Virus record (IMG/VR): IMGVR_UViG_3300035180_002914
DNA from: an uncultured virus (IMG/VR IMGVR_UViG_3300035180_002914)
Lineage: Duplodnaviria; Heunggongvirae; Uroviricota; Caudoviricetes
Length of the DNA stretch: 64,000 bases
Reading direction: 5' to 3' (one strand)
A program made the translations under genes and the position numbers. The notes under the pieces were generated by a model, which was not told the DNA's origin, did not search any database, and saw only the letters and a list, made by a program, of their open reading frames with translations. Each line of letters starts with the position of its first letter. Position 1 is the stretch's first letter. This document shows positions 47,325 through 57,384 of this stretch, piece after piece.

Positions 47325-47915
47325 AGCCCGTTAAGAACGGGTTGAGATGAAAAGCTTTTTTTGTTGATTTTTACCAGAGGATGCCAAGAAGAGCTAGGGG
47401 GCGTCGGGAAAACTTTTCTCTCTAGCTAATTACGTGTCAAAAACACGTAAAACCGGTACTATTGTTAATCAGCCTTGGCCAAAAGAGTCCCAAAAAATTG
47501 ACCGTTTACATTAATGTGTAAGCGTGTCGCCCGATAACCTAAGGGTTTCTGAGAGTATCAAAACCTATGGTTATAATAATCCATACGGGCGAAAAGGGAG
47601 CGTAGAGATAGCTGAAAAGCTGCGTATCCCGCATTTTCTAGTAAAGTTAGACCCGACACTAGGAGCTTGTATATTGGCATAACCGAAAGGTGAGTTCTGG
47701 ATAAGGGATGCCGTCCAGATTAAGCCAATTTTGAAAAACAATCTCTATTTTTCAAACAGCATTTCGACGACTAAGCGAATATGTTTGATATGAGTCCCCT
47801 TAGTGAAAGGGTGAGGTATGTCTAAAAATCTTGGAAACAGGGTTTTTAGATCAAAACCTTCTTTTTCCAAGGGGCTTATATCTTTGAATTCTCTGACATA
47901 GCGAATATGTCATTT
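47325..47915 (+). ncRNA. about 600-nt highly structured ORF-free element, probably a large ncRNA
   Basis: GC-enriched, with about ten hairpins, GAAA tetraloops and loop-loop complementarity; AATAAATA upstream. Strand is inferred. Confidence 0.6.
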
Positions 47916-48428
47916 CTTAAATTTATTCTTATTAAATCCTTCTAAAAAATCTATCTAAACCTTCATCATAAAAAACTCACTTAAAAACTTCATTAATGAA
48001 AATATATCTTTAGTAAAAATTCTTTTAGTTAAATCTACTCTAGAAAAGTTATCTTAGAAGAATATAATCTAAAAAAATTTTCTTTTAGTATTTTCTTAAT
48101 AGGTCACTAAAAAATATTTTTTATTCAAACCATCCTATTATAAAAAATCAAATCATAAATCTTATAATTGAATTTTAATCGACTAAAGCGTTTAAACCAA
48201 ACGAAGCGCAAGCGAGTTTGGTTTAAACAGCTCAGCGAAGCCGTAAGGCGAAGCTGAATGGAAACTTCTTTTTATACTTTCTCCTCTAATAATCTTACTT
48301 CAATTAAATCTCCTTTATAAAAACTTCTTTGGATACAATTTTGTCTCCTATTAATATACTAATCTCTTAAATAAAAATTTAAGGAAACTTTAAGATAAAA
48401 TAGAATATAATTTCTATAAAGGATTTAA

Positions 48429-49410
48429 ATGTATAAAGAAGCGTTAGAAAAATTTCAAAAAGAATATCCAGATTACAAAGTAATCTTTCTACATAAATCA
48501 GGAAGCTATCTTTACGGAACACAAACACAAAACTCAGATATTGATTACAGAGGGATCTTCATTCCATCTAAAAGAGATGTTCTTCTAAAAAGAGATATAA
48601 CACAATGGAATTTCAGTACTACTAATGAAAGTGAAAAGAATAAAGCAGGAGATTTAGATTTAACTCTCTGGAGCGTTTATAAGTTTTTCGGAATGCTTCA
48701 AACAGGAGATACAAACTCTTTTGATACTTTGTTTTCTGTTAATTCTCCTTCAATAGAGTTTTGTTTACCTGAGATGAAACTAATATATGATAATAGATAT
48801 TATTTTCTACCGAATAGTTTAAAGTCCTTTTTTGGTTATGCTTATACACAAGTAAAGAAATACTCTGTAAAAGGTGACAGGCTGAAAGATGTTGAAAATG
48901 TCTTGAAATTTTTGAATAATACTTTTCCTCTTGATACTCTGACTCTTTCTATGGTACAACATAACCTTCCATATTCTGAAAAGCTAAAATGGGTGATTGA
49001 TCAAGATGGAATAGAGTACTATGAAATACTAGGCAAAAAATTTGTCAAGAATATGAAATTAGCAGAATTTAAAGAAAGAGTTCTTGAAATACAAAATTCT
49101 TTTGGAGCTAGAGCAAGAGCTGCAATGGATAGTGGATCTGTCGACTATAAAGTAATGTAATCACGCCTTTAGAGTACTAGATGAGTGTTTGGAATTGATG
49201 GAGACAAAAGAAATTAAGTTCCCTTTAGAAAGAAGAGACTTTTATCTACAGGTAAGAAATAGACAAATAACGTCCGAAGTGTTATTTCAAGCGCTTGAAG
49301 AAAGGTTTGATTTTGTTAGTGAATTTGAAAAATCTAATAAAAATCTTTTGAGGGATAGTAAGTTTGATGTTAAAAAATCTCAAGAAATTTTACTTAACTT
49401 TTTAAGCTAA
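48429..49410 (+). pseudogene. Pol-beta superfamily nucleotidyltransferase (NrdC.11/YcgL-like), split by a 1-nt insertion near 49159
   Basis: SGSYLYGT..NSDIDYRGIF; removing one A from ATGTAATCAC restores DYKVMYHAFRVLDECLELME into the 49189 ORF. Confidence 0.75.
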
Positions 49411-49464
49411 CTTTAAGGTTTATTTAGTTATAATTTTGTCAACTTAAAGATAAAAGGATTTAAA

Positions 49465-49644
49465 ATGTTTAGCTTCAGATTTCTTCTAGATAATGTTGAT
49501 GGTGTATTTGGTACTCTTTCTACTAGTGTAAACGCATACTGCGAAGAAGAAGCTTATGATATTATTTTTGATGAATTTGGTGGAGATATTAAAGTTCTTG
49601 ATTGTGAATGTACAGGTCCAGCGTTTGATGTAGACTATATGTAA
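49465..49644 (+). CDS. small acidic protein, paralog 3 (59 aa, not in ORF track)
   Basis: MFSFRFLLDNVDGVFGTLSTSVNAYCEEEAYDIIFDEFGG...; near-copy of 35984 including its promoter. Confidence 0.75.
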   Translation: MFSFRFLLDNVDGVFGTLSTSVNAYCEEEAYDIIFDEFGGDIKVLDCECTGPAFDVDYM

Positions 49645-49707
49645 GAGAGATACTAAATCTGTTTTTTAACTTTATTATGGTAAAATAAAGAAAAGGAAAA
49701 ATCTGAA

Positions 49708-50172
49708 ATGAGAACATATATAGTTGAAATATTAGATCGGATTAGAAGTTTTTGGACTAACATAAAATACGGCGTAAAAAACCTTTGGAGATACCGAAAG
49801 GTAATTTGGAACGATAGAGATTGGGACTACGCTTTCCTTCTCAATCTTGTTGAATTTAAGACAAAAACAATGTCTGACACTATAAAAAAATACGGTATGA
49901 GTGTTTCTTCTGAAGAAACTGCTAATGAATTAGCTGAAGTTTCTCAACTATTGGGTCGATTAGCCAATGATGATTTTGAAAAACACGTTGACGAACATTA
50001 TGAGAAATGGGACAAAGAATATCGTTTACTTGATGCATTCAAACCGAATAAAAAAAGTGAAGAATATTTAGAGTCTTTGAGACTCGCTTGGAAAAACGAT
50101 AAACAAGATAGGAAACTTGCAGAAAAAAGGCTTCTAAAGTTATTAACCAAATACAAAAATTGGTGGGATTGA
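49708..50172 (+). CDS. phage hypothetical protein (DRDWD...WWD type)
   Basis: IWNDRDWDY and C-terminal NWWD. Confidence 0.65.
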   Translation: MRTYIVEILDRIRSFWTNIKYGVKNLWRYRKVIWNDRDWDYAFLLNLVEFKTKTMSDTIKKYGMSVSSEETANELAEVSQLLGRLANDDFEKHVDEHYEKWDKEYRLLDAFKPNKKSEEYLESLRLAWKNDKQDRKLAEKRLLKLLTKYKNWWD

Positions 50173-50254
50173 GAATATAGGTCAAAGACAGTTTTTTGAC
50201 CTATTAAAGAATAATTGAAAATTTTTCAGTTATAATTTTAGAAATAAAAGGGAG

Positions 50255-50475
50255 CTTAAAAGAAATAACCGAAGAAGAAAATTTAGGGTTTAAAGCTTTA
50301 AAAGAAATGGGTAAATGCTTGAAATAAGAATTCAAATACTTTGAAGTCCATCATATCGGAAGACGACCTTATATAGGTGAGTTTCTAAAAACATCTTCAA
50401 TTCCCTGGACCTGGTGACTATTGCGCCTCTTCCAATTATGCGTTTGACGCTACAAGAGAAATAAGAGGAAGAAGG
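50255..50475 (+). pseudogene. decayed paralog of 52585-52803
   Basis: CCTGGACCTGGTGACTAT versus CCTGGTCCAGGCGACTAT, and ACCGAAGAAGAAA versus ACTGAAGCAGAAA; frame broken. Confidence 0.55.
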
Positions 50476-50483
50476 GTTTGGTT

Positions 50484-51974
50484 TTAAACTAAATAAATAA
50501 ATCAATTATAAAAAGGAATATTACTAAATTTCGAATGAACAAAACTGTAAATCTAGGTTATAAATATCGGTTGTATCCTACAGAAGAACAAAAGAAGCTT
50601 CTAGACCACCAAATGTTTGTATATAATCAAGCCTACAACATCTGTCTTAATCTATGGCAAAAAGAACAAGAAAGAAATAGAAAGCTAGAAAAGGCTGATA
50701 GAAAATACCGAAATGGTACATCTTACGATAGAGTTATAAAAAGAGCTTTAAAACTAAGAAAGATACCATTTTCTTCTGTTGTTATACAAAGAGCGGAAAT
50801 AAATTTTCTCGAAGCTGTTAAACGAGCTTTCTCGAAATATGTTGTTAATGAAAGAAATAAAGCTCTTTCTAAAGCAAAAACTCCTAAAGAAAAAGCAAAA
50901 GCGTTATCAATCGGTTTTCCAAAGTTTAAATCAAGTAAAGATGTAAGACAATCATTTGTATGGAGTAATCAAAATGTAAGTATTAAAGAAACAGATAAAA
51001 GAAATGCTATTTTAAGAATTATGAAGCAAAACATAAAACTTAGATACCACAGAAAACTTCCAAAAGATTATAAGCTTACTTCCGTTGTTATATCTAGAGA
51101 TGCAAGCGGTTATTACGCTAGCATAGGAATTTCGTTTGAAAAAGAAATGGAACAGGTATCTATCGACAATTTAAATGAAGAAAATTGTATAGGTATAGAT
51201 ATGAATGTTTATAACTTTGCTATATCAAGTGAAATAGATTTTCTCTTTGAACCGATATCAAACTTAGTATCGGTTGAATCAGGAAATTTCATTAACAATG
51301 GTTCTTCTAATCGTAAGATACTATCGGAAAAGGATGTAATAAGGCGTCTTAAACGAAAGCAATCAAGAAGAATTCTTGTAAGTAAAAAATCAAAAACCAA
51401 ATTAGGGAGTAATTATAAAAAGACACAGAAAAAACTGAATAAACTACATAAGAAAATAACTAATAAAAGGAACGGATCTATATCATCAAATCTCCTCCAG
51501 ATTAACAAACAAATTTGATTTGATAGTAGTTGAAGACTTAAAGCTGAAAAATATGACTAAATCTGCTAAAGGAAATGAAGTCAAACAAGGAAAAAATGTT
51601 AAACAAAAAGCAGGTTTAAATAAATCAATTTTAGGCGCTTCATTCTATCAGTTTACTTCTATACTTTCTTATAAGCAGTCGCTTAATGGCAAATTGTTTG
51701 TAAAAGTAGATCCATCATATACTTCTATTACTTGTTTAAACTGTGGTAATATAGACAAAGCTAACAGACCAAAACAAGATAAATTTGTATGTACAGCTTG
51801 TGGTCATCAAACAAATCCAGATTTCCAGGCATCTGTACATATACTGTATAGAGGTATGAAGTCGTTTGGGCTAGGAACTAGCCTTGTGGACTTATATAAA
51901 CACAAAGCCTTTCGCTCAGCTTCGCTGGAAGCTGCTAGTTAGGAAGCTTCGCCGTAAACGGCGAAGCGGTTCAC
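50484..51974 (+). mobile_element. tnpB: IS200/IS605-related tnpB-only element, copy 2 (ORFs 50535-51518 and 51520-51942)
   Basis: Same motifs as copy 1 (IVVEDL here); right end GCGGTTCAC at 51974. Confidence 0.88.
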
Positions 51975-52151
51975 GAGAAATGGCACGGTGAAAAGGGCTT
52001 CCAATTTGAAGATATATTTAAACCAGATCCAAAAAGTGAAGAATATATGGCATCTTTGAAACAGGCTTGGGAAAAAGATGCTCAAGACAGAAAATTAGCA
52101 GAAAAAAGACTTTTCAAACTACTAACCAGATACAGGAATTGGTGGGATTGA
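51975..52151 (+). pseudogene. 3' remnant of a paralog/allele of the 49708 gene, interrupted by the tnpB element
   Basis: EKWHGEKGFQFEDIFKPDPKSEEYMASLKQAWEKDAQDRKLAEKRLFKLLTRYRNWWD* aligns to the 49708 C-terminus. Confidence 0.8.
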
Positions 52152-52204
52152 AAATAAACACGGAAAAATGAAATATGAAACTTGAAAAGGAAGGGATAAA
52201 ATAA

Positions 52205-52507
52205 TTATCCCTTTAAACAAGGAAGACTCTTCAAGAATCTTCTAAAATCTGGATCTTTGAGATCCAGCTCTCTTCCAATTATCTTTTCTATTTCTTTAAT
52301 CCAATCTTTCGAAAGACTAATTTCATAGAGTTTATCATTATGTGTAAGTTCTATTTTGCCTTTATCAAGTAGTCTTAAATTATAAAGAAGAATGTCATCT
52401 TTACTTCCGCCATTTCCGTCGTCGGTAATATCGAGCGCTCTATGATTATGATTAGAAATGTCTTTGTATCTTTCGTTGGTTAAAAGAAATTCTTTAAATT
52501 TTTTCAT
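52205..52507 (-). CDS. probable internal head protein
   Basis: N-terminus MKKFKEFLLTNE resembles the T4 internal-protein capsid-targeting sequence. Confidence 0.5.
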   Translation of the reverse strand: MKKFKEFLLTNERYKDISNHNHRALDITDDGNGGSKDDILLYNLRLLDKGKIELTHNDKLYEISLSKDWIKEIEKIIGRELDLKDPDFRRFLKSLPCLKG

Positions 52508-52584
52508 TTTGTTTCCTGAATTTAAGGTAATTTTAATATTTATTTAGATATAATAATAAAAATCAAAATAAAGGAGTTATTTAA

Positions 52585-52803
52585 ATGACTGAAGCAGAAA
52601 AAAAGGAAATTCAAGTTTTAAAAGAAAAGGTAAAAATGCTTGAAAGAAGAATTCAAATACTAGAAGAGTGTCAATATCAACAAATTGGAAGACAAACATA
52701 TATAAGCAAGTTTTTAGAAACAACCCCGAATCCTGGTCCAGGCGACTATCCGTGGCCACTTCAAGTTACGTGTTCGACATCCGAAGAAACAAAAGGAAGT
52801 TAG
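52585..52803 (+). CDS. hypothetical protein
   Basis: AAGGAG RBS; short coiled coil. Confidence 0.55.
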   Translation: MTEAEKKEIQVLKEKVKMLERRIQILEECQYQQIGRQTYISKFLETTPNPGPGDYPWPLQVTCSTSEETKGS

Positions 52804-52945
52804 AGACAAGGGACTTTGGATATTTGTTAAGAGGCTTGTCTAAGAAGCTTTTCAAATATTTAAACTTTTTCAAAGTAAAATTTTAATACTCATTGAGAGC
52901 GAGAGTATAAACGACTTTCAAATTTTTAACTTTACAGGAGCATTT

Positions 52946-54499
52946 ATGTTCAAAATCAATCCAGTTCTAGCAATAGATTCATACAAACTCGGTCATATGT
53001 CAATGTACCCAGAAGGTACGACAAAAGTTTACTGCAACTTCACTGCAAGAAGTTTTAAACACGCAAGAGGTCTTTTCCCAGACGAACTTCCGTTCTTCAA
53101 CAACAAAGCTGTTGTATTCGGCATTTCTGCTGCGTTTCAAGAAATAAACGAGGCGTTTCAAGAAAACTTTTTCAATAGAGACATTAATGATGTACTCAAA
53201 GAATTTGATACAGCTACTCGACCATTCATTGGCGACAACGACAATACGCAGTTGTTGAAAAATATAGAAAACCTGCATAAACTAGGTTATCTTCCGCTTC
53301 AAGTAAAAAGTCTTCCGGAAGGCTCTCAAGTAAAAGAGAATATTCCAATGATGACTATCACTAATACGCATCCAGATTTTGCGTGGCTTCCAAACTATCT
53401 TGAAACATTCATTTCAAGCCAAATTTGGAAATTGAGTACGGCGGCGACGATAGCTAAAGTGTATAAAAACATTTTTGACTACTTCGCTGATAAAACTGGA
53501 ACACCTAGAGATTTTACTCTATTTCAAGGACACGATTTTTCAAGTAGAGGTATGAGTGGTTTTGCTGATGCCGCAAGAACAGGTAGTGCGCATCTTACTT
53601 CATTTATTGGTACAGATAGTGTGGCTTCAGTAGAATATGTAAAAAAATACTATAAAGCAAGCGGTCTGATAGGAGCAAGCGTACCCGCCTCGGAGCACAG
53701 TGTACTTTGTATGGGAGGAAAAGATACTGAAATCGAAACTTTCAGAAGAATTCTTAAAAAATACCCAAATGGCGTCGTTTCGATAGTTTCTGATACTTGG
53801 GACTATTGGAATACAATTACTAATATAGCGAAAGAACTAAAAGAAGAAATTCTCGCTAGAGGTAAAGACAGTCTTGGACTATGTAAAACTGTATTTAGAC
53901 CTGACTCTGGCGATCCAGTAGATGTTATCTGTGGGACTAAAAAATATAAAATTGGTAGTATCGACGGACATATAACAACTGATAATATGCCAGAAAATTG
54001 GCTTAGATTTGTTTCACCAGAAGAAAAAGGTTCTATTCACTGCCTTTATAACATATTCGGCGGAACAAAAACCTCAACTGGACACATTCAACTTGATGAA
54101 CACGTGGGTCTAATCTATGGTGATAGTATCACTCCAAATAGAGCGTACAGTATTCTGAAAAAACTTGACGAAAAAGGTTTCGCTAGTGGTAATGTCGTTC
54201 TTGGTATAGGTTCTTACACATATCAATTTATGACGAGAGACACTCTTGGTTTTGCTATGAAGGCGACTTACGGCGAAATTAACGGAGTTCCTACACCGAT
54301 TTTCAAAGAGCCGAAAACAGATGCAGGTAAAAAATCAGCGAAAGGTCTTCTAAGAGTTGATAAAATCGGTGGCGAATATGTTCTTGTCGAAAATCTTACT
54401 TCTGACGAAGGCGGAGAACTTAAAGTGATTTTCAAAGACGGTAATTTTGAAAATCTTCCGGCATTTGATGAAATAAGAGAAAGGCTTGCGAATGCTTAA
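52946..54499 (+). CDS. NAMPT/NadV-like protein (candidate Namat of NARP1)
   Basis: IDSYKLGH, HDFSSRG, VPASEHS, SIVSDTWD, FRPDSGDP, IYGDSIT, RDT.GFAMK and KKSAKG. Confidence 0.9.
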   Translation: MFKINPVLAIDSYKLGHMSMYPEGTTKVYCNFTARSFKHARGLFPDELPFFNNKAVVFGISAAFQEINEAFQENFFNRDINDVLKEFDTATRPFIGDNDNTQLLKNIENLHKLGYLPLQVKSLPEGSQVKENIPMMTITNTHPDFAWLPNYLETFISSQIWKLSTAATIAKVYKNIFDYFADKTGTPRDFTLFQGHDFSSRGMSGFADAARTGSAHLTSFIGTDSVASVEYVKKYYKASGLIGASVPASEHSVLCMGGKDTEIETFRRILKKYPNGVVSIVSDTWDYWNTITNIAKELKEEILARGKDSLGLCKTVFRPDSGDPVDVICGTKKYKIGSIDGHITTDNMPENWLRFVSPEEKGSIHCLYNIFGGTKTSTGHIQLDEHVGLIYGDSITPNRAYSILKKLDEKGFASGNVVLGIGSYTYQFMTRDTLGFAMKATYGEINGVPTPIFKEPKTDAGKKSAKGLLRVDKIGGEYVLVENLTSDEGGELKVIFKDGNFENLPAFDEIRERLANA

Positions 54500-55391
54500 T
54501 CTTAGACTATTTGCCGTGGAAGAAAACAACGGAGTAAAACAAATTGATATCAAGTTCTCCACATTTCCTGCTGGAGAAAGGTATGTTTGTCTAGATATGG
54601 AAGATTTTAAACCAGAAAAACAAAGAACAGAATTTGTTATTTGCTTACTTTCGGCTTCTTCGGTAGCCGTTATGGACTCTCTTCTTGTGGCTAATGCTGT
54701 CAGAGAGAATTCTTTTGTAAAGGTAAACATAACTCTTGACGCTTCGTATCTTCCATATAGTAGACAGGACAGAGTCTGTAAGGCAGGCGAATCGAATTCT
54801 CTTAAAGTGTTTGGTAAGCTTATTGAAACTCAATTCGATAGAGTAGTTACTAAGGATGTCCATAATCGTTCGGCGTTCGAACAAGCCTTCTCGAATTTTA
54901 ACGGTTTTGCGCTAAACTATAATGTAGATTTTAAAAATGACAATTTCATTGAGGCGAAAACCGAAAAAATAAAAAATATTTTCTTTCCGAACGATGGTGA
55001 AAAAGTCGTAGTTGTTTCTCCAGATAAAGGCGCTATAACAAGAGCGACTAGCGCCTCTCAACAACTTGGGCTTGGAGATGATATCGTTGTTTTCGATAAA
55101 GTTAGAAATGGTTCATCTGTATCAACAGTTATTCGTAATGAATCTATCGAACTTTTGAAATCTGCCAAAACTGTGGTTGTAGTGGATGATATATGCGACG
55201 GCGGTCGAACTTTTATATCGCTAGCAGAAGAGATGAAAGCTTATAACGAAAAAGCGAAATTCGTTTTGATCGTTTCTCACGGAATATTCAGCGCAGGCTT
55301 GGACTGTCTTTATGCTTCTTATAGTGAAGTTTTCTGTCTTTATAACCAATACAATCTTGAAAGACTCCAAAAACTTAAAGAGGGAGAGTAA
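54486..55391 (+). CDS. PRPP-synthetase-like protein (candidate Adps of NARP1)
   Basis: FPAGE, YLPYSRQDR, DVHN, SPDKGA, VVDDICDGGRTF and SHGIFS. Confidence 0.88.
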   Translation: MRMLNLRLFAVEENNGVKQIDIKFSTFPAGERYVCLDMEDFKPEKQRTEFVICLLSASSVAVMDSLLVANAVRENSFVKVNITLDASYLPYSRQDRVCKAGESNSLKVFGKLIETQFDRVVTKDVHNRSAFEQAFSNFNGFALNYNVDFKNDNFIEAKTEKIKNIFFPNDGEKVVVVSPDKGAITRATSASQQLGLGDDIVVFDKVRNGSSVSTVIRNESIELLKSAKTVVVVDDICDGGRTFISLAEEMKAYNEKAKFVLIVSHGIFSAGLDCLYASYSEVFCLYNQYNLERLQKLKEGE

Positions 55392-55490
55392 ATCTCTCCT
55401 TCTCAAATCTTGTATTTACGACGATTTAAACTTCGTTTAAGAAATTTTTAGTTATAATTCTAAATCTTAAAAGTCGAGAAAGGACTCAAA

Positions 55491-55676
55491 ATGGCAAGAA
55501 ATCTAAATATAAATGTGAGATGTAGAATAGCGCTCGGAAAGCTTAAAAGGCATTTTGGCAATTCAATCCCGACTGAGGCTGAGCTTTCTGAAGTAGCTAG
55601 AGAATTTTGTATTAGATACAATCTGCCTGCCGTTTTTATTGTTTACGCATTTTCTTCAATCGAACACAAAGGTTAA
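55491..55676 (+). CDS. hypothetical early protein
   Basis: Follows promoter at 55436. Confidence 0.55.
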   Translation: MARNLNINVRCRIALGKLKRHFGNSIPTEAELSEVAREFCIRYNLPAVFIVYAFSSIEHKG

Positions 55677-55861
55677 ATGTTGGAAATAAACCTGACGAAT
55701 TATATCAAAAAATTTGTATGTTGTTAAAGAAGAAATTCAATTTAAGTTTACATTAAACTGAAATCGGATAAAATAATAGAAAAGTTTGAAACGAGGAGAC
55801 TTTAAGAGTCTCTTCCATCCAGACTTTATGTCTAAAATCATCGTAAAGGAAAACGAATTAA

Positions 55862-57355
55862 ATGAGCAAATTTAACACAACAGCTAAAGGCAAAAACTCT
55901 ACTCCGACAGGAGAAAACCTAGCAGGCGGCGTTTCTTTTGATAGAGATCTTAAATCTGAAGTCGCTTCTGTAGTGCTCAGCTCTATGCTAAACGGTGATC
56001 AATACTATATGACAGCAGAAGAAAAAATGTCGTATATCGATCAACTTGCATCAGAGTGTGCTAAAAACGAAGACACAGCAGTATTCTTCGCTAAAGCTAT
56101 GGTTTACGCTAGAAATGAAGGTTTCTTGAGATCAGTTTCACACCTTATGGCGGTTAATTTAGTAGAAAATGTTAAAGGAAAAGAGTTTGTAAAACCTGCT
56201 CTTATTAAAACTTTTATCAGACCAGACGATATGACAGAAACTGTTGCTCTGTGGAACTCTAGACATCCTGATGTAATGGTTCCAAACTCTATACAAAGAG
56301 CTTGTAAAACTTGCCTTGAAACTAAGTGGGACAGGTTTCAATTGAAGAAGTATGAGGGCAAATCGAAAAAAGTAAAACTAAGAGATATTGTTAAGCTTTC
56401 TCACCCAAAAGACCCAAACGGTGCGTTTAAACAACTAATAGAAGGAACTCTACCAAAAATAGACACCATAGAAAGAAATGTTGCCGCTGGCGAGTCAGCT
56501 TCTGAATCAATGAGCAAACTATTGAGAGAAAACAGACTACCGTATATGGCAGCTGTAAAAAACATAAGGAACGCTCTCGAATCTGGTTTGTCAAAAGATG
56601 ATGTTCTTAAATTCTGTGAATTGATAGTGAATGATAAATTGAGAGCTAAGTCTAAAATAATGCCATTTAGATTTTGGGATGCATATAGACAAGTTGAAAT
56701 TTCTAGTGGTATCGATAGATTTACAAAAGAACACGTAAAAGAAGCTCTTGAAATAGCTTTTATAGCTGCTACAAAAGACCTTAATATTCTGAAAGAAGGT
56801 GAAAGAATAGCTCTTTGTCTGGATGAATCTGGATCTATGGGTCGTATGTATGACAATAAATCACCGTTTTATCACGGAGCTATTTTGACTTGCGCAATTC
56901 ACGCTAGCGTAGGAGCTAAAAACTCTATTGTATACGGCTGGGACACTGGTTGTAGAGAAATATCTATGATAGCGAATTCTCCGTTCGCAACACTGTCTGG
57001 AATGGAAGCTAACAGTGGTGGTACATCAGTAGAAGCTCCTCTTCAAAAAATGATTCAAGATAAAGTATATGTTGATAAAATTTTGATTTTTACAGACGAA
57101 CAGTTTTTGTCAGCAAGAGGTTGTAAGAATAAAAAATTTGATTCAGTTCTAAATGAGTACAAATCTAAAATTAACAAGGATGTACAAGTTATATTTTGGA
57201 ATTTAGCTGGATATTCTGGAGGAGCACCATATAATACCTTTAATGGTAATATATCAGAAATCTCAGGTTATTCTGATAGAATTCTATCTGTTCTTGGAAA
57301 CCTTTGGGGAGACAAAAGTGCTCTTGTAAGAGAAATTGAAAAAGTTGAGCTTTGA
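55862..57355 (+). CDS. rsr: Ro60/TROVE-domain RNA-binding protein with vWA domain
   Basis: MSKFN..NLAGG.SF, ARNEG.LRS, FQLKKY, LRDIVKLSHPK, PFRF, DESGSM, GGT, IFTD and WNLAGY. Confidence 0.88.
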   Translation: MSKFNTTAKGKNSTPTGENLAGGVSFDRDLKSEVASVVLSSMLNGDQYYMTAEEKMSYIDQLASECAKNEDTAVFFAKAMVYARNEGFLRSVSHLMAVNLVENVKGKEFVKPALIKTFIRPDDMTETVALWNSRHPDVMVPNSIQRACKTCLETKWDRFQLKKYEGKSKKVKLRDIVKLSHPKDPNGAFKQLIEGTLPKIDTIERNVAAGESASESMSKLLRENRLPYMAAVKNIRNALESGLSKDDVLKFCELIVNDKLRAKSKIMPFRFWDAYRQVEISSGIDRFTKEHVKEALEIAFIAATKDLNILKEGERIALCLDESGSMGRMYDNKSPFYHGAILTCAIHASVGAKNSIVYGWDTGCREISMIANSPFATLSGMEANSGGTSVEAPLQKMIQDKVYVDKILIFTDEQFLSARGCKNKKFDSVLNEYKSKINKDVQVIFWNLAGYSGGAPYNTFNGNISEISGYSDRILSVLGNLWGDKSALVREIEKVEL

Positions 57356-57384
57356 TGAGGCTCAACTTTCTGAAAGGAATGTGA

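Noticed and set aside
47325..47915. RNase P RNA or group I/II intron
   Set aside because: I found no GAGGAAAGUCC-type P4 motif, no domain V and no interrupted host gene; it is kept as an unassigned ncRNA.
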